Under the pieces are notes generated by a model. It saw nothing but the letters and a program-made list of their open reading frames with translations, searched no databases and was not told where the DNA came from. The position numbers and the translations under genes are program-made. DNA of 64,000 nucleotides, from IMG/VR virus record IMGVR_UViG_3300046171_000231, positions 171,762-235,761 of that record. One strand, given 5' to 3'. This document shows, piece by piece, positions 63,968 to 64,000 of this stretch. Position 1 is the first letter of the stretch. Every line of letters starts with the position of its first letter.

Positions 63968-63996
63968 TTGACAAATCGCCCGTTCGATGCTACGCT
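63968..63996 (+). promoter_or_regulatory. Sigma70 promoter pointing out of the window
   Basis: TTGACA-17 nt-TACGCT with extended TGn. Confidence 0.65.
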
Positions 63997-64000
63997 CGCT

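Overview
This is a 64-kb segment of an AT-rich T4-like (Kyanoviridae-type) cyanomyovirus genome, most likely a Prochlorococcus/Synechococcus phage. Almost all genes are on the minus strand. From left to right: gp47 (partial), gp55, uvsW, uvsY, then the head, tail and packaging module (gp3, 23, 22, 21, 20, 19, 18, 17, 16, 15, 14, 13), fibre and virion proteins, and baseplate genes (a DUF4815-type giant protein, gp8, a ~13-kb gp7, gp6, gp25). From about 53.7 kb to the end lies an accessory and early region of small genes. Accessory genes include three 2OG-Fe(II) oxygenases, a class II aaRS-like catalytic domain (the only convincing plus-strand gene), peptide deformylase, a ParB-like protein, a NifU/NfuA domain, SpeD, a GT-A glycosyltransferase, an AbrB-like protein, a HExxH protease, a MutH/Sau3AI-like nuclease and an ArdA-like protein. 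Many single-base indels break essential genes, so the assembly is error-prone and ORF fusions or splits need caution. The strongest unexplained structure is non-coding and lies at 59-64 kb. Eight copies of a 16-bp palindrome (MCASTT-N4-WASTGK) usually have sigma70-type -10 boxes 32-35 nt away on both sides. Two of these cassettes drive mutually homologous short structured RNAs. A six-copy TCTCGACTAG array sits between divergent promoters at the window end.
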